Assembly: GCA_965250005.1 (NCBI GenBank)
Contig: OZ252279.1
Span: 210,001 to 242,000 of the forward strand
Direction: 5' to 3'
DNA from: Demequinaceae bacterium
GTDB lineage: Bacteria; Actinomycetota; Actinomycetes; Actinomycetales; Demequinaceae
DNA length: 32,000 nucleotides
Positions 7,868 through 17,903 of the stretch are shown piece after piece. Under the pieces are notes generated by a model. It saw only the letters and a program-made list of their open reading frames with translations. It was not told the origin of the DNA and searched no databases. Both the position numbers and the translations under genes were made by a program. Every line of letters begins with the position of its first letter. Position 1 is the stretch's first letter.

Positions 7868-10510
7868 ATGGCTAGTCGCAAACCCGCGCCCAAACGCAAA
7901 CCGCAGTCGCGGACCACTCAGACTCGCTCGCGCAAGCCTGTCGCCAAGACCAAGCGCATGCCCGCTATCCGGCGCGGCAAGAAGCGCGCACCCTGGCCGT
8001 TGCGCCTGATCCGCAACGCGGGCATCGGCTTGGCGAACGTCGTGGGTGGTGGCGCGCGCGCAGTCGGCGATGGCGCCCGCCGCGTCGACCCGTCTGTGTG
8101 GCAGTCCTTTGCGGCGCTATTGTGGCTCTTCCTCGCGATCGTGATCGCCGCGCGCGAGTGGTTCGCTTGGGACAGCCCCGTGGGCACCGCGATTCACTGG
8201 CTCGCAGCTGGCACGTTCGGGCTGCTCGCGTACGCGATTCCGGTGCTGTTGCTGCTGCTGGTTATCCGCATGATGCGCCACCCCGACGAAGGCGATGAAA
8301 CCACTGGAATGGCGCTAGGCGTATTCCTTGTGGGCCTGGGCGTCGCGGGCATCGTCCACATCGGCATGGGGCGCCCGTCACCGGAGCAGTCGCTCGAGGG
8401 TGTCCAGGAAGCCGGGGGAGTGCTCGGTTACATCATGGGCAGCTCCTCCGCGTGGTTGCTGTCCGGGCCGTTCGCCGTTGTCCTGCTCGTATTCATCGCG
8501 ACCGGAGGCGTGCTGATCGCCACGCGCACCGCGATACGCGAGATCCCCGCGCGGCTGCGTTCGCTTCTTGGGCGCGACGCGCGGGCACTGACAGAGGACC
8601 TCGACCTGCCCGAGCACCGCACCCTGGAGCGCAAGAGCCTGCGCGGGCGAGGGCGCCGGTCAAAGGAGGACAAGCCCGGCCGCAGCCGACGCTCCGGTCC
8701 CCTCCACACTGAAGACGCGCTTGACTCGTACGAGGCTGACGAGGCGTTCGCCGCCGCCGCCGAGCGCAGCGAGTTCGACGAAATTGTCGATCCCGGCGGC
8801 GAAGGCGTCACCGTCGAGCCCGCGGATGGTCTGCCGGTCTCGCCGTACGCTGCGGGAGGCTCCGCGGCAGGCGCAGCGGACCTCGGCGCCACTACCGTCC
8901 TCGACAAGGACGGCAATCCCGTCCACTCTGCGCCCAAGCGCACCAGCATCGTCCCCAAGGGGGAGCAAGGTCAGTTGGAAAACTCTGCGCCTTACGTTCT
9001 TCCCGATCTCGCGGCGCTGGCCAAGGGCGCGCCACACCGCAAGAAGTCGCAGGCAAACGACCGCGTGGTGGACGCGCTCCAAGGAGTGTTCGAGGAGTTT
9101 GGAGTGCACGCCGAAGTCACGGGCTTCATGCGCGGCCCCACGGTCACGCGCTACGAGATTGAGCTGGAGCGCGGCGTCAAGGTTGAGAAGATCCTGCAAC
9201 TGACCAACAACATTGCTTATGCGGTCGCGAGCCCAGACATTCGCATTCTGTCGCCCATCCCCGGGAAGAGCGCCATCGGGATCGAGATACCGAACCTGGA
9301 CCGCGAGACCGTGTCGCTTGGCGATGTGCTGCGCTCGGGTGCCGCGAAAAAGATGGATCACCCCATGGCCATCGGCATCGGCAAGGATGTCGAGGGCGGC
9401 TACGTCATGGCCAACCTCGCCAAGATGCCCCACCTGCTGGTGGCAGGCGCGACGGGCGCAGGAAAATCGTCCTTCGTGAACTCCATGATCACGTCCATCC
9501 TGATGCGGTCCACGCCTCAAGAAGTGCGCATGGTGCTCGTTGACCCCAAGCGGGTCGAACTGAGCATCTATGAGGGCATCCCGCACCTCATCACGCCCAT
9601 CATTACAGACCCCAAGAAGGCAGCCCAGGCGCTCGAGTGGGTCGTCAAAGAGATGGACATGCGCTACGACGACCTCGCGCTGTTCGGGTTCAAGCACATC
9701 GACGACTTCAACAAGGCTGTCCGCCAGGGCAAGGTCAAACCGCTGCCTGGCTCCGAGCGCAAGATCACCACGTACCCGTACCTGCTGGTGATAGTGGACG
9801 AGCTCGCCGATCTCATGATCGTCGCCCCCCGTGACGTGGACGAATCAGTCCAGCGCATCACGCAGCTTGCGCGCGCCGCCGGAATCCACCTGGTGCTGGC
9901 CACTCAGCGGCCCTCCGTTGACATCATCACGGGAACCATTAAGGCCAACGTGCCGTCGCGACTCGCGTTCGCCACGGCGTCGCTCGCCGATTCGCGCGTG
10001 GTGCTCGACCAGCCGGGTGCGGAGAAACTCGTGGGTCAGGGAGACGCCCTGTTCCTGCCGATGGGAGAGTCCAAGGCGGTCCGCATCCAGGGATCGTGGG
10101 TATCGGAGAGCGAAATACACGCCGCCGTCGCTCACGTCAAGGACCAGGCGAACCCCACGTATCGCGACGACGTGCTCACCGCACCGAAGGGCGCGGCAGT
10201 CGCGGAGGACATTGGGGGCGATCTCGACGACCTGTGCGCCGCCGCGGAACTGGTCATCACCACCCAGTTGGGCTCGACGTCGATGCTGCAGCGCAAGCTC
10301 AGGATGGGCTTTGCCAAAGCGGGGCGCCTCATGGATCTGCTCGAAAGTCGGGAGATTGTTGGCCCATCTCATGGCTCCAAGGCGCGTGAGGTTCTTGTCA
10401 CACCCGAGCAGCTAGCGTCTACTCTCGCTATCCTGAAGGGGGTCGCTCCTGCTGCTGCAGCAGGTGAGGCATCTTCGGAGGGCGAAGGAGGAGCGTGGAC
10501 CAACTCGTAG
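7868..10510 (+). CDS. ftsK: DNA translocase FtsK/SpoIIIE
   Basis: 880 aa: N-terminal TM segments, Walker A LLVAGATGAGKSSFVNSMI, Walker B YLLVIVDELADLMIV, RAAGIHLVLATQRPSVDIITG and a C-terminal winged-helix gamma-type domain. Confidence 0.96.
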   Translation: MASRKPAPKRKPQSRTTQTRSRKPVAKTKRMPAIRRGKKRAPWPLRLIRNAGIGLANVVGGGARAVGDGARRVDPSVWQSFAALLWLFLAIVIAAREWFAWDSPVGTAIHWLAAGTFGLLAYAIPVLLLLLVIRMMRHPDEGDETTGMALGVFLVGLGVAGIVHIGMGRPSPEQSLEGVQEAGGVLGYIMGSSSAWLLSGPFAVVLLVFIATGGVLIATRTAIREIPARLRSLLGRDARALTEDLDLPEHRTLERKSLRGRGRRSKEDKPGRSRRSGPLHTEDALDSYEADEAFAAAAERSEFDEIVDPGGEGVTVEPADGLPVSPYAAGGSAAGAADLGATTVLDKDGNPVHSAPKRTSIVPKGEQGQLENSAPYVLPDLAALAKGAPHRKKSQANDRVVDALQGVFEEFGVHAEVTGFMRGPTVTRYEIELERGVKVEKILQLTNNIAYAVASPDIRILSPIPGKSAIGIEIPNLDRETVSLGDVLRSGAAKKMDHPMAIGIGKDVEGGYVMANLAKMPHLLVAGATGAGKSSFVNSMITSILMRSTPQEVRMVLVDPKRVELSIYEGIPHLITPIITDPKKAAQALEWVVKEMDMRYDDLALFGFKHIDDFNKAVRQGKVKPLPGSERKITTYPYLLVIVDELADLMIVAPRDVDESVQRITQLARAAGIHLVLATQRPSVDIITGTIKANVPSRLAFATASLADSRVVLDQPGAEKLVGQGDALFLPMGESKAVRIQGSWVSESEIHAAVAHVKDQANPTYRDDVLTAPKGAAVAEDIGGDLDDLCAAAELVITTQLGSTSMLQRKLRMGFAKAGRLMDLLESREIVGPSHGSKAREVLVTPEQLASTLAILKGVAPAAAAGEASSEGEGGAWTNS

Positions 10511-12753
10511 AGTTTGTGCAACAGCCAGCATTTGCCCTGGCAGCTTCCGCTCTGCTCCTGGTCGTCTCCGCCCTCGGTCTGGTTTCGTTCTGGCGATCCA
10601 GCCAGGCCCGCGCGGCGCGCGACATGGCTCTCTCTGCCCAGCGGGAGCTCCGAAAGCAATTCGAGGCCGTCATGACCTCGGCCCGCGACGGGGTAGTCAT
10701 TACAGCTGCCACGGGCGAAATCATCATGATGTCCGATGCCGCCGCACTCATCCTCGACGTGGACAAAGACGAGGTCACTGGGCGCGCCGTCGCCCGACTC
10801 CCAGTCCGCGCTATCGACGAATCGATGCACTCGGTCAACTTGCAGGCAGTATTCTCGGCGCACAACAGCACCGCCGACGAACCGTGGATCGTGGGCGTTC
10901 CCGGCCGCCGCGGTGCCGACGACGTCCGCTGGGTCCAGGTCCAGACGCGTGTCGTCAAAAACGCGTACGCGGGTGGGCCCGTGACTGTCGCGAACATCGT
11001 CGATACCACGGGCATGAGTGCTGCGACAGACGCCGTCGACCGCTCTGACCAGCAGTTCCGCAAGGCAATGGAAAATGCGCCCGTCGGCATGGCGCTCGTG
11101 GATCTCGAGTGGCGCGTCATGGAAGTGAACCGGGCCTTCGCAGAGATGGTCGGTTCCACGCTCGCAGCGCTGCGCGGCACGCCGTTCTCCGCACTCTCGC
11201 ATCCGCAGGATGTGGGCGCCGAACGAGACCAACTGCAGCGCCTCTACGACGGCCACCAGGCGCACTTTTCTCTCGAGAAGCGATTCGTGAAGGCGGACGG
11301 CAACGTCGTGTGGGCAGTTCTGGATGTGGGCCTGGTGCGTTACGCCGGAGGAGCCCCCGATCACTATGTTGCGCAGTTGCGTGACTCGACAGACGACCGC
11401 ATGCACTCCGAGCTCATGGCGCACCGGGCGATGCACGACCCACTTACCGGGCTCGCGAACCGAAACCTGATGCAAGAGGTCCTTCAGCAGGTTCTCGACC
11501 AGCCCGACGCCGAGGCCCGCGTGGGAGTGATCGCCTGCGACCTAGACGGCTTCAAGGGCCTCAACGACCGCTTTGGCCACGCCGTGGGCGATACCGCCCT
11601 GATCCACGTCGCGACCGTGCTGCGCGCTGCCGCGGGCGGCAAGGGAACGGTGGCGCGTGTGGGCGGCGACGAATTCGTCATCGTCGTGCAGGACCCCGAT
11701 GGGGCGAAGGCAGTCTTCGACATTGCCGCCGCGATCCACGAGGGTCTGCGCAAGCCTCTTCAGGTCAAGCGACATCAGGTCAACCTGCACGCCTCGGTCG
11801 GCATCGCTATAGCCGAAGGCGATGTGCTTGATGATGGGGCAAACAGCCTCCTCGCCGCGGCCGACGTGGCGATGTACCGCGCGAAAGCCAGCGGAAAGAG
11901 CCGCACTGAAATCTACTTGCCATCCATGAGAACCGAGGGCGACACCAGTTCTACGCTTGCCCGCGAGCTGCGCACGGCGATCGAGAACGGCGACCTGGTC
12001 CTGCATTATCAACCCATCCTCGAGTTGTCGGACCGAACCGTCGTGGGTTACGAGGCGCTGGTCCGCTGGCAACACCCCACGCGCGGCCTGCTGCTGCCAG
12101 GGGTCTTCCTGCCGCTCCTCGACGACCGCAAGCTTTCCGTTGCGCTCGGAGCGCTCCTCGTGGAGCAGGTAGCAGCTTTCCTGGGTGCCAGCCCCAACGC
12201 CCAGACATGGGTGTCGCTTAACGTGAGCGCCGACCAGCTTGGGGACAGCCAGTTTGCGGACAGTGTCCTCACCGCCATCGCGCGCCATCATCTGTCGCCG
12301 CAACGCATTGTGGTGGAGTTAACCGAGGCCTCGCTCGTGTCGCCCAATACGCGTATCCGGCATGAGCTCACCGAACTGCGCAACGCTGGCGTACCGATCC
12401 TGCTCGACGATTTTGGCACCGGGATCTCCCCGCTGTCGTACCTGCGCGACTTGCCCGTCTCTGGGGTGAAGCTAGATATGTCCTTCACCGCGGGGATTCC
12501 AGAGGACCCAGCTGGCGCTCGCGTTTCGCGCGCACTGGGAGCCCTTGCGCGGGAGCTTGGCCTCGCGACCATCGCCGAAGGCATCGAGACGGAGGCGCAA
12601 GCGGAGTTCCTGCACTCGTGCGGTTGGCGCTATGGCCAGGGCTGGCTGTTTGGCGTGGCGCAGCCCGCGGCAGCGGCGCTCGACGCGACCATCGAGTATT
12701 CCGAGAGCCTGATTGATCCTCGACCGAACGAAGGCGAGGTCCTCGCGTCTTAG
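10495..12753 (+). CDS. Membrane-anchored PAS-PAS-GGDEF-EAL protein (c-di-GMP cyclase/phosphodiesterase family)
   Basis: 752 aa: one N-terminal TM, two PAS-like segments (FEAVMTSARDGVVIT..., FRKAMENAPVGMALVDL...), intact GGDEF (VARVGGDEFVIVVQD), EAL (GYEALVRWQHP) and downstream LDDFGTGISPLSYL. GTG start within ftsK with RBS aaggagg. Confidence 0.93.
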   Translation: MDQLVEFVQQPAFALAASALLLVVSALGLVSFWRSSQARAARDMALSAQRELRKQFEAVMTSARDGVVITAATGEIIMMSDAAALILDVDKDEVTGRAVARLPVRAIDESMHSVNLQAVFSAHNSTADEPWIVGVPGRRGADDVRWVQVQTRVVKNAYAGGPVTVANIVDTTGMSAATDAVDRSDQQFRKAMENAPVGMALVDLEWRVMEVNRAFAEMVGSTLAALRGTPFSALSHPQDVGAERDQLQRLYDGHQAHFSLEKRFVKADGNVVWAVLDVGLVRYAGGAPDHYVAQLRDSTDDRMHSELMAHRAMHDPLTGLANRNLMQEVLQQVLDQPDAEARVGVIACDLDGFKGLNDRFGHAVGDTALIHVATVLRAAAGGKGTVARVGGDEFVIVVQDPDGAKAVFDIAAAIHEGLRKPLQVKRHQVNLHASVGIAIAEGDVLDDGANSLLAAADVAMYRAKASGKSRTEIYLPSMRTEGDTSSTLARELRTAIENGDLVLHYQPILELSDRTVVGYEALVRWQHPTRGLLLPGVFLPLLDDRKLSVALGALLVEQVAAFLGASPNAQTWVSLNVSADQLGDSQFADSVLTAIARHHLSPQRIVVELTEASLVSPNTRIRHELTELRNAGVPILLDDFGTGISPLSYLRDLPVSGVKLDMSFTAGIPEDPAGARVSRALGALARELGLATIAEGIETEAQAEFLHSCGWRYGQGWLFGVAQPAAAALDATIEYSESLIDPRPNEGEVLAS

Positions 12754-12769
12754 GTTATGCTCGGCGCGT

Positions 12770-14107
12770 CTAGTCGCCCGCTGCCCAGGGTTTGCGTTGT
12801 TCGTAATACGTGCTGTCCGCGAACGACTCCACGGGCGTAGTGCGCTCCTTGGCGTCGGGGCCGACTACTGACTTGACGCGCTCGTAGCGCGCCTTGGCCT
12901 CGCTTGCTGACATGCCCTTGGTTCCGCCAAGAATGTCATTGAGGGCGTAGATCTTGTGGCCGTCTGACCGGTCTACCGTGACCGCGGTCCACTCCGTTGA
13001 CGTATGAACGGTGCCGTCCAGCTCCACCGTGAAAGTGGTCGTGATCATCAGCCCCGACGTTGAGTGAATAGAGCAGCAGGATGGGTTCTGGTTTGAGACG
13101 AAGTTCCCAAGGCCGTGCGCCACCCACATACCTTCGCCATGGGGGCCGCCCGGTAGAAGTTGTATGGACTGAGGAACGTGCGCATGATGCCCCACCAGTA
13201 AGTCGACTGCGCCGGACGCCGCGATACTCTCTGCGATCCGTTGTTGCTCGCCGGTGGGCGACGTCACGTACTCGACGCAGCAGTGGATCGAGGCGATGAC
13301 GACGTCCGCGCCAGCAGCCCGAGCGGCGTTGGCCTGCTTGATCAGCCCATCCATGGCCTGGTTGGAGCGACTGAACACGTTTACCGACCAGGACTTGCCC
13401 GATGGGCGAGGTAGGCCGTTGGTGCTAAACGTCCAGGAGATGCTCGCGACCTTGATGGTGCGGCGGTCGTCGCGAATGTTGTAAATCTGCGCGTTGTTGG
13501 CTTCAGCGAGGGTCCGCGCAGTTCCGTGGTGGCCCATGCGGTATTTGTCCATGGCGTTCAGCGTGGCGGTGAGACCGTCGAAACCTTTGTCGACGCTGTG
13601 ATTGGACGCTGTGGTGCAGCCATTCCAACCGGAAACGCCGAGGTCGCGCACTAGCGCCTCGGGCGCCGCAAAGCGGGGGAACCCGGCTGTAGTGACGCCG
13701 TCGGGATGTACGGGCACTTCCATGTGGCAGATGGCGAGGTCGGCTCCAGCGATGTACGGGGTAACGCCCGCAAACATTGGGCCAAAGTTGAATCCGCCGG
13801 ACGTGCGCGCCGAATTTACGACACCGGAGTGAGGGAGCACGTCGCCTGCGGCGACAAATGTGAACGTGATGGGTCCGGGAGGCTCGAGAACCGTCTCCGG
13901 CGGTGGTGGCGGAGGCGTGTTGCGCGGCTCGGGCGACGAGTAGTTCGCGTATCGCGCCGCGGGCTGGTTTGCCTCGAGTCCGTAAGGCACGGCCACGCCA
14001 ATACCGAAGGCAAACGCGGCGATGACGGTCGACACCACGATGCGCACGGGCGTGCTCCACGACCGGGCGTGAAGGCGCGCGGGGGCCACTTTAGAATGCT
14101 GGTGCAT
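12770..14107 (-). CDS. CapA/YwtB-type metallophosphatase-like protein, secreted or membrane-anchored
   Basis: 445 aa: TM anchor, Pro-rich linker, VAAGDVLPHSGVV, ADLAICHMEVPV, TTASNHSVDKG, DVVIASIHCCVEY and VDLLVGHHAHVPQ. Confidence 0.9.
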   Translation of the reverse strand: MHQHSKVAPARLHARSWSTPVRIVVSTVIAAFAFGIGVAVPYGLEANQPAARYANYSSPEPRNTPPPPPPETVLEPPGPITFTFVAAGDVLPHSGVVNSARTSGGFNFGPMFAGVTPYIAGADLAICHMEVPVHPDGVTTAGFPRFAAPEALVRDLGVSGWNGCTTASNHSVDKGFDGLTATLNAMDKYRMGHHGTARTLAEANNAQIYNIRDDRRTIKVASISWTFSTNGLPRPSGKSWSVNVFSRSNQAMDGLIKQANAARAAGADVVIASIHCCVEYVTSPTGEQQRIAESIAASGAVDLLVGHHAHVPQSIQLLPGGPHGEGMWVAHGLGNFVSNQNPSCCSIHSTSGLMITTTFTVELDGTVHTSTEWTAVTVDRSDGHKIYALNDILGGTKGMSASEAKARYERVKSVVGPDAKERTTPVESFADSTYYEQRKPWAAGD

Positions 14108-14163
14108 GTGCGCATTCTACTCTTTCGGTGCGCCTGATCTCGCGGCGCAACTAGGGTAAGTGC

Positions 14164-14736
14164 GTGACTTCCCTATTGCCGAACATCCTGACCGCCTCGA
14201 GGCTCTTTGCCGTGCCGGCTCTCGTGTGGCTACTGCTGACGGACAGCGGCTCAGATGGCGACCGGAGGTGGTGGGCGTTGTGGCTGTTCTTGGTGGCCGC
14301 GGCCACGGACTTCCTTGACGGCTACCTGGCGCGCCGCTGGAAGGTCGTCTCTGCATTTGGCAAGCTCGCGGACCCTATTGCCGACAAGGTACTAATCCTC
14401 GCCGCGCTCGCGACCCTGAACTTTGTCGATGGGATTCCGTGGTGGCCGGTGGCGATTCTGGCCGCGCGTGAAGTCGCCGTGACTGTCGGACGGCTGATGG
14501 TTGCAAACTACGCGATCATACCCGCGAATCGCGGGGGCAAGCTTAAGACCATGCTCCAGATCGCTACTGTCACGTTCTACATCTTTCCTGGCGGGCCCGC
14601 ATGGCTGGACGCCACAGCGTGGTGGGCACTGGTTGCGGCCGTAGGCGTCGCGATTTACTCGGGCGTGGTTTACGGCAGGGCGATTTCTGACGCGCGCAAC
14701 AATCAAGGCATGCGGGTTGAGGATGTCGCGCGCTAG
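14164..14736 (+). CDS. pgsA: CDP-diacylglycerol--glycerol-3-phosphate 3-phosphatidyltransferase
   Basis: LLPNILTASRLFAVPALVWLL and the CDP-alcohol phosphotransferase motif AATDFLDGYLARRW...GKLADPIADKVL. Confidence 0.93.
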   Translation: MTSLLPNILTASRLFAVPALVWLLLTDSGSDGDRRWWALWLFLVAAATDFLDGYLARRWKVVSAFGKLADPIADKVLILAALATLNFVDGIPWWPVAILAAREVAVTVGRLMVANYAIIPANRGGKLKTMLQIATVTFYIFPGGPAWLDATAWWALVAAVGVAIYSGVVYGRAISDARNNQGMRVEDVAR

Positions 14737-15223
14737 AGCGAAGCGCGTACTTGACTGCGCGCGCGACGCCGGCGTCTCCGTCGCCGCCGCGGAGTCCGTC
14801 ACGGGCGGATTGGTGGCTGCTGCCCTCACGGCCGTCCCGGGAGCTTCTGACTCGTTTGTGGGCAGCATTACCGCGTACGACGCCGCGGCCAAGATGCAGC
14901 TCCTCGGAGTCGACGCGACCGTCATTGCGTCCGCGGGGGTTGTGAGCGAGGCGGTCGCGGTAGCGATGGCCGAAGGCGCAGTGCGTGCTATCGGCGCAGA
15001 CGTTGCTGTGGCAACCACTGGCGTTGCGGGGCCCGCAGCTCACAGTGGCGTGGACGTTGGACGGGTGGTGGTCGCCGCCGTCGGAGCAGGGAGATCCGTC
15101 GTTCGGGTGCTCGACTTGCGGGGAAACCGATCCGAAGTGAGGTCCCAGGCGGTTGATGCGGCGCTCGACACGCTATGTGAAGTATTAGACAGTTCGGCGC
15201 GACCGGGAACACCGTTGGGGTAG
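14717..15223 (+). CDS. cinA: CinA C-terminal-type nicotinamide-nucleotide amidohydrolase
   Basis: 168 aa: [44 protein letters not shown] and [19 protein letters not shown]. Overlaps the pgsA end; an alternative ATG lies at 14723. Confidence 0.87.
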   Translation: MRMSRARAKRVLDCARDAGVSVAAAESVTGGLVAAALTAVPGASDSFVGSITAYDAAAKMQLLGVDATVIASAGVVSEAVAVAMAEGAVRAIGADVAVATTGVAGPAAHSGVDVGRVVVAAVGAGRSVVRVLDLRGNRSEVRSQAVDAALDTLCEVLDSSARPGTPLG

Positions 15224-15276
15224 TCTGCGTTGAGAAGTACATGGAACAAACGCGAATGAAGTCGAAGGGAGTACGC

Positions 15277-15618
15277 ATGCCGGTCCTACGCAATGAAATT
15301 GGCGACGTGCTTCGAGACACGCGCCTGACGCAGGGCAAGACCCTACGCAACGTTTCGTCCGGCGCCCGGGTTTCGCTCGGATACCTCTCTGAGGTTGAGC
15401 GCGGCCAGAAAGAGGCATCCTCAGAACTTCTCGCATCGATCTGTGATGCGCTTGACATGCCCATGTCATCCGTGCTGCGCGACGTGTCCGAGCGGTTCGA
15501 ACTTGCGGAGGCCGTCAGTGCCGCCGAAGTCCCGAGCATCCCGGACACGGTGCCCGAACTACTTGCGCAGCCACGCCGCCACGGCGGTCCTACGGGACTG
15601 GTTGGCACGCGCTCCTAG
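15277..15618 (+). CDS. clgR: XRE-family helix-turn-helix regulator, ClgR-like
   Basis: [81 protein letters not shown] can open at 15241 but the family N-terminus fits the ATG at 15277. Confidence 0.85.
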   Translation: MPVLRNEIGDVLRDTRLTQGKTLRNVSSGARVSLGYLSEVERGQKEASSELLASICDALDMPMSSVLRDVSERFELAEAVSAAEVPSIPDTVPELLAQPRRHGGPTGLVGTRS

Positions 15619-15701
15619 CCAGGCGTCACGGCAGCAACGGCATGATGCCTCCCACGTACGGCGACACCGCTGGCTTGTTGTCTTCGGCTGGGCGCGGCTA
15701 G

Positions 15702-15935
15702 ATGCGACTTCGCGAGTTCTGGGCGCTCATGGACGCCGTCTTCGGCGAGGAGTATGCGCGCACGCTTGCGCGCGAGATGGTGGTCACGGATCTCGATAGC
15801 AGGACTGTCGAGCAAGCGCTCCATGCTGGCCTGGCGCCGAGGGATGTCTGGCACGCACTCTGCGACACCATGGATATCCCGGCGGATAGGCGCGACGGCG
15901 GAGACCGCGAACGGATGATCCCGCCGGCGCGCTAG
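15702..15935 (+). CDS. DUF3046 family protein
   Basis: MRLREFWALMDAVFGEEYARTLAREMVVTDLDSRTVEQALHAGLAPRDVWHALCDTMDIP; conserved small ORF upstream of actinobacterial recA. Confidence 0.88.
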   Translation: MRLREFWALMDAVFGEEYARTLAREMVVTDLDSRTVEQALHAGLAPRDVWHALCDTMDIPADRRDGGDRERMIPPAR

Positions 15936-16004
15936 TCCGGGTCAGTCTCCCTTCCTGACGCTCACGAGCGACCCGCGACACGCCGCGCCGCAATGCCGCG
16001 CTAC

Positions 16005-16020
16005 TCGAACATATGTTCTA
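16005..16020. promoter_or_regulatory. LexA-binding (SOS) box upstream of recA
   Basis: TCGAACATATGTTCTA, close to the actinobacterial/Bacillus-type CGAACRNRYGTTYG palindrome, about 135 bp before the recA ATG. Confidence 0.85.
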
Positions 16021-16155
16021 ATGTTGTGCACAAGGCGCAGTTGAAAGGGACTTCTCCACAAGCGGGAATACCCACTCAGCAATGTTAGACGCAGAACGTA
16101 GCGTCGTCTCTATACCGATCACCGGCAGCAATGCCACGGAAGATGGAGTGACCAC

Positions 16156-17349
16156 ATGGCTCGCACACCAGACCGTGAGAAGGCTCTCGAAGCCGCTCTC
16201 GGGCAGATTGACAAGCAGTTCGGCAAGGGCTCGATCATGCGGCTCGGGGAGGACGAGAAGGTTGCAGGAGAAGTCATCCCTACCGGCTCCGTCGCCCTCG
16301 ACGTTGCGCTCGGCATAGGTGGACTACCGCGCGGCCGAGTAGTCGAGATCTACGGCCCTGAATCCAGCGGCAAGACCACCCTCACTCTTCACGCCGTAGC
16401 TAGCGTGCAGCAGGCCGGCGGAGTGGCGGCGTTCATTGACGCCGAACACGCCCTGGACCCTGAGTACGCACGCAAGCTCGGCGTGGACACCGACGCGCTC
16501 GTTGTGTCTCAGCCAGACACCGGCGAGCAGGCGCTCGAGATCACGGACATTCTGATTCGCTCGGGCGGAGTGGACCTGATTGTGATCGACTCGGTTGCAG
16601 CACTTGTGCCCAAGGCTGAAATCGAGGGCGAGATGGGCGACAGTCACGTGGGTCTCCAGGCGCGGCTCATGTCCCAGGCGCTCCGCAAGATCACCGGCGC
16701 ACTCGCGCATTCTGGCACCACGGTGATCTTTATCAACCAGCTACGCGAAAAAATCGGCGTGTTCTTTGGCTCGCCAGAGACCACTACGGGTGGCAAGGCG
16801 CTCAAGTTCTACGCGTCTATACGGCTCGACATCCGTCGGATTGAGACCCTCAAGGAGGGGACTGACCCGGTCGGTAACCGCACGCGCGTCAAGGTGGTCA
16901 AGAACAAGATGGCTCCGCCGTTCAAGCAGGCCGAGTTCGACATCATGTATGGCGAAGGCATATCCAAAGAGGGTGGAATCATCGACATGGGCGTGGAGCA
17001 TGGCTTCGTGCGCAAGTCGGGCGCCTGGTACACGTACGAAGGCGACCAGCTCGGTCAGGGCAAGGAGAACTCGCGCTCTTTCCTCAAGGACAACCCAGAA
17101 CTGCGTGACGAGATCGAGAAGAAAATTAAGGATGCGCTGGGGGTGGGTGTCGACATCGATGCGGTTGGTGAAGAAAGCCAAATTCCCAATATAGATCCCG
17201 AAGAGGCGATGGCAAAGTCCGACTCTGCAGCGCCGAAGGCAGCCAAAGCCGCGAAGGTAGCGGCTGTCGCAACTCCAGAAGTGGTTGCCGCGGACGTAAA
17301 GAAGGTCGTCGCCGAGGCAGAGGCCGTAGTCGAGAAGGCCTCGCGCTAA
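16156..17349 (+). CDS. recA: Recombinase RecA
   Basis: [64 protein letters not shown]. No intein. Ala/Lys-rich C-terminal tail. Confidence 0.98.
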   Translation: MARTPDREKALEAALGQIDKQFGKGSIMRLGEDEKVAGEVIPTGSVALDVALGIGGLPRGRVVEIYGPESSGKTTLTLHAVASVQQAGGVAAFIDAEHALDPEYARKLGVDTDALVVSQPDTGEQALEITDILIRSGGVDLIVIDSVAALVPKAEIEGEMGDSHVGLQARLMSQALRKITGALAHSGTTVIFINQLREKIGVFFGSPETTTGGKALKFYASIRLDIRRIETLKEGTDPVGNRTRVKVVKNKMAPPFKQAEFDIMYGEGISKEGGIIDMGVEHGFVRKSGAWYTYEGDQLGQGKENSRSFLKDNPELRDEIEKKIKDALGVGVDIDAVGEESQIPNIDPEEAMAKSDSAAPKAAKAAKVAAVATPEVVAADVKKVVAEAEAVVEKASR

Positions 17350-17352
17350 CCA

Positions 17353-17877
17353 ATGACGGTGACCAGCGCCCGGCAGGCCCCCGCGCCCACTACCGAGGGG
17401 GACCCTGCCGCGCGCGCTCGAGATATCGCGCTGAGAATTCTCACCGGCGCGCCGCACAGCGCGATCTCGCTGCGAGACAAACTAATCAAGCGGGACGTGT
17501 CCCCGGGGATTGCGGATCACGTGATTCGGCGATACCGGGAGGTGGGGCTACTGGACGATTCAGAGCTCGCCGTCACCATCGCGCGAACCCGGCACCGTGA
17601 ACGAGGGCATGCACGCAGGTTGATCGCCCTCGAACTCTTGAGAAAGGGCTTCGAGGCCGCCGACGTCGAGGAAGCCCTCGGGCAGATATCGGACCAAGAC
17701 GAAGAGCACGCAGCGTATTCTCTGGCCGTGAAGAGATGGCGCAGACTCGCGGGGCTTCCCGCGGAGGTGCGAGCGCGGCGACTTGTGGCCATGCTCGGAC
17801 GGAAGGGCTACGCTCTTTCGATGGCGTACGGCCTCGTGAAAAGACTCGAATCTTCCGATATCTTGGGAAGCGAGTAA
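17353..17877 (+). CDS. recX: Regulatory protein RecX
   Basis: 174 aa immediately after recA; RDIALRILTGAPHSAISLRDKLIKRDVSPGIADHVIRRYREVGLLDDSELAVTIARTR... Confidence 0.92.
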   Translation: MTVTSARQAPAPTTEGDPAARARDIALRILTGAPHSAISLRDKLIKRDVSPGIADHVIRRYREVGLLDDSELAVTIARTRHRERGHARRLIALELLRKGFEAADVEEALGQISDQDEEHAAYSLAVKRWRRLAGLPAEVRARRLVAMLGRKGYALSMAYGLVKRLESSDILGSE

Positions 17878-17903
17878 CTTCCGCCTACCAAGGAGATCGA
17901 GCC

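Noticed and set aside
7875-7990. Basic KPAPKRKPQSRTTQTRSRKPVAKTKR stretch at the start of FtsK, considered as a separate peptide or nucleoid-binding element
   Set aside because: Basic N-terminal tails before the first TM segment are ordinary in actinobacterial FtsK.
8660-9697. 345-aa minus-strand ORF
   Set aside because: Antisense to ftsK; high-GC shadow ORF without family motifs.
10369-11475. 368-aa minus-strand ORF
   Set aside because: Antisense to the ftsK end and the PAS/GGDEF/EAL gene; composition follows the opposite-strand codons.
13895-13925. Short GGC/CGG-rich run (ccggcggtggtggcggaggcgtg) considered as a repeat or structured element
   Set aside because: It encodes the Pro-rich linker (PPPPPPETV) after the TM anchor of the CapA-like protein, so coding constraint explains it.
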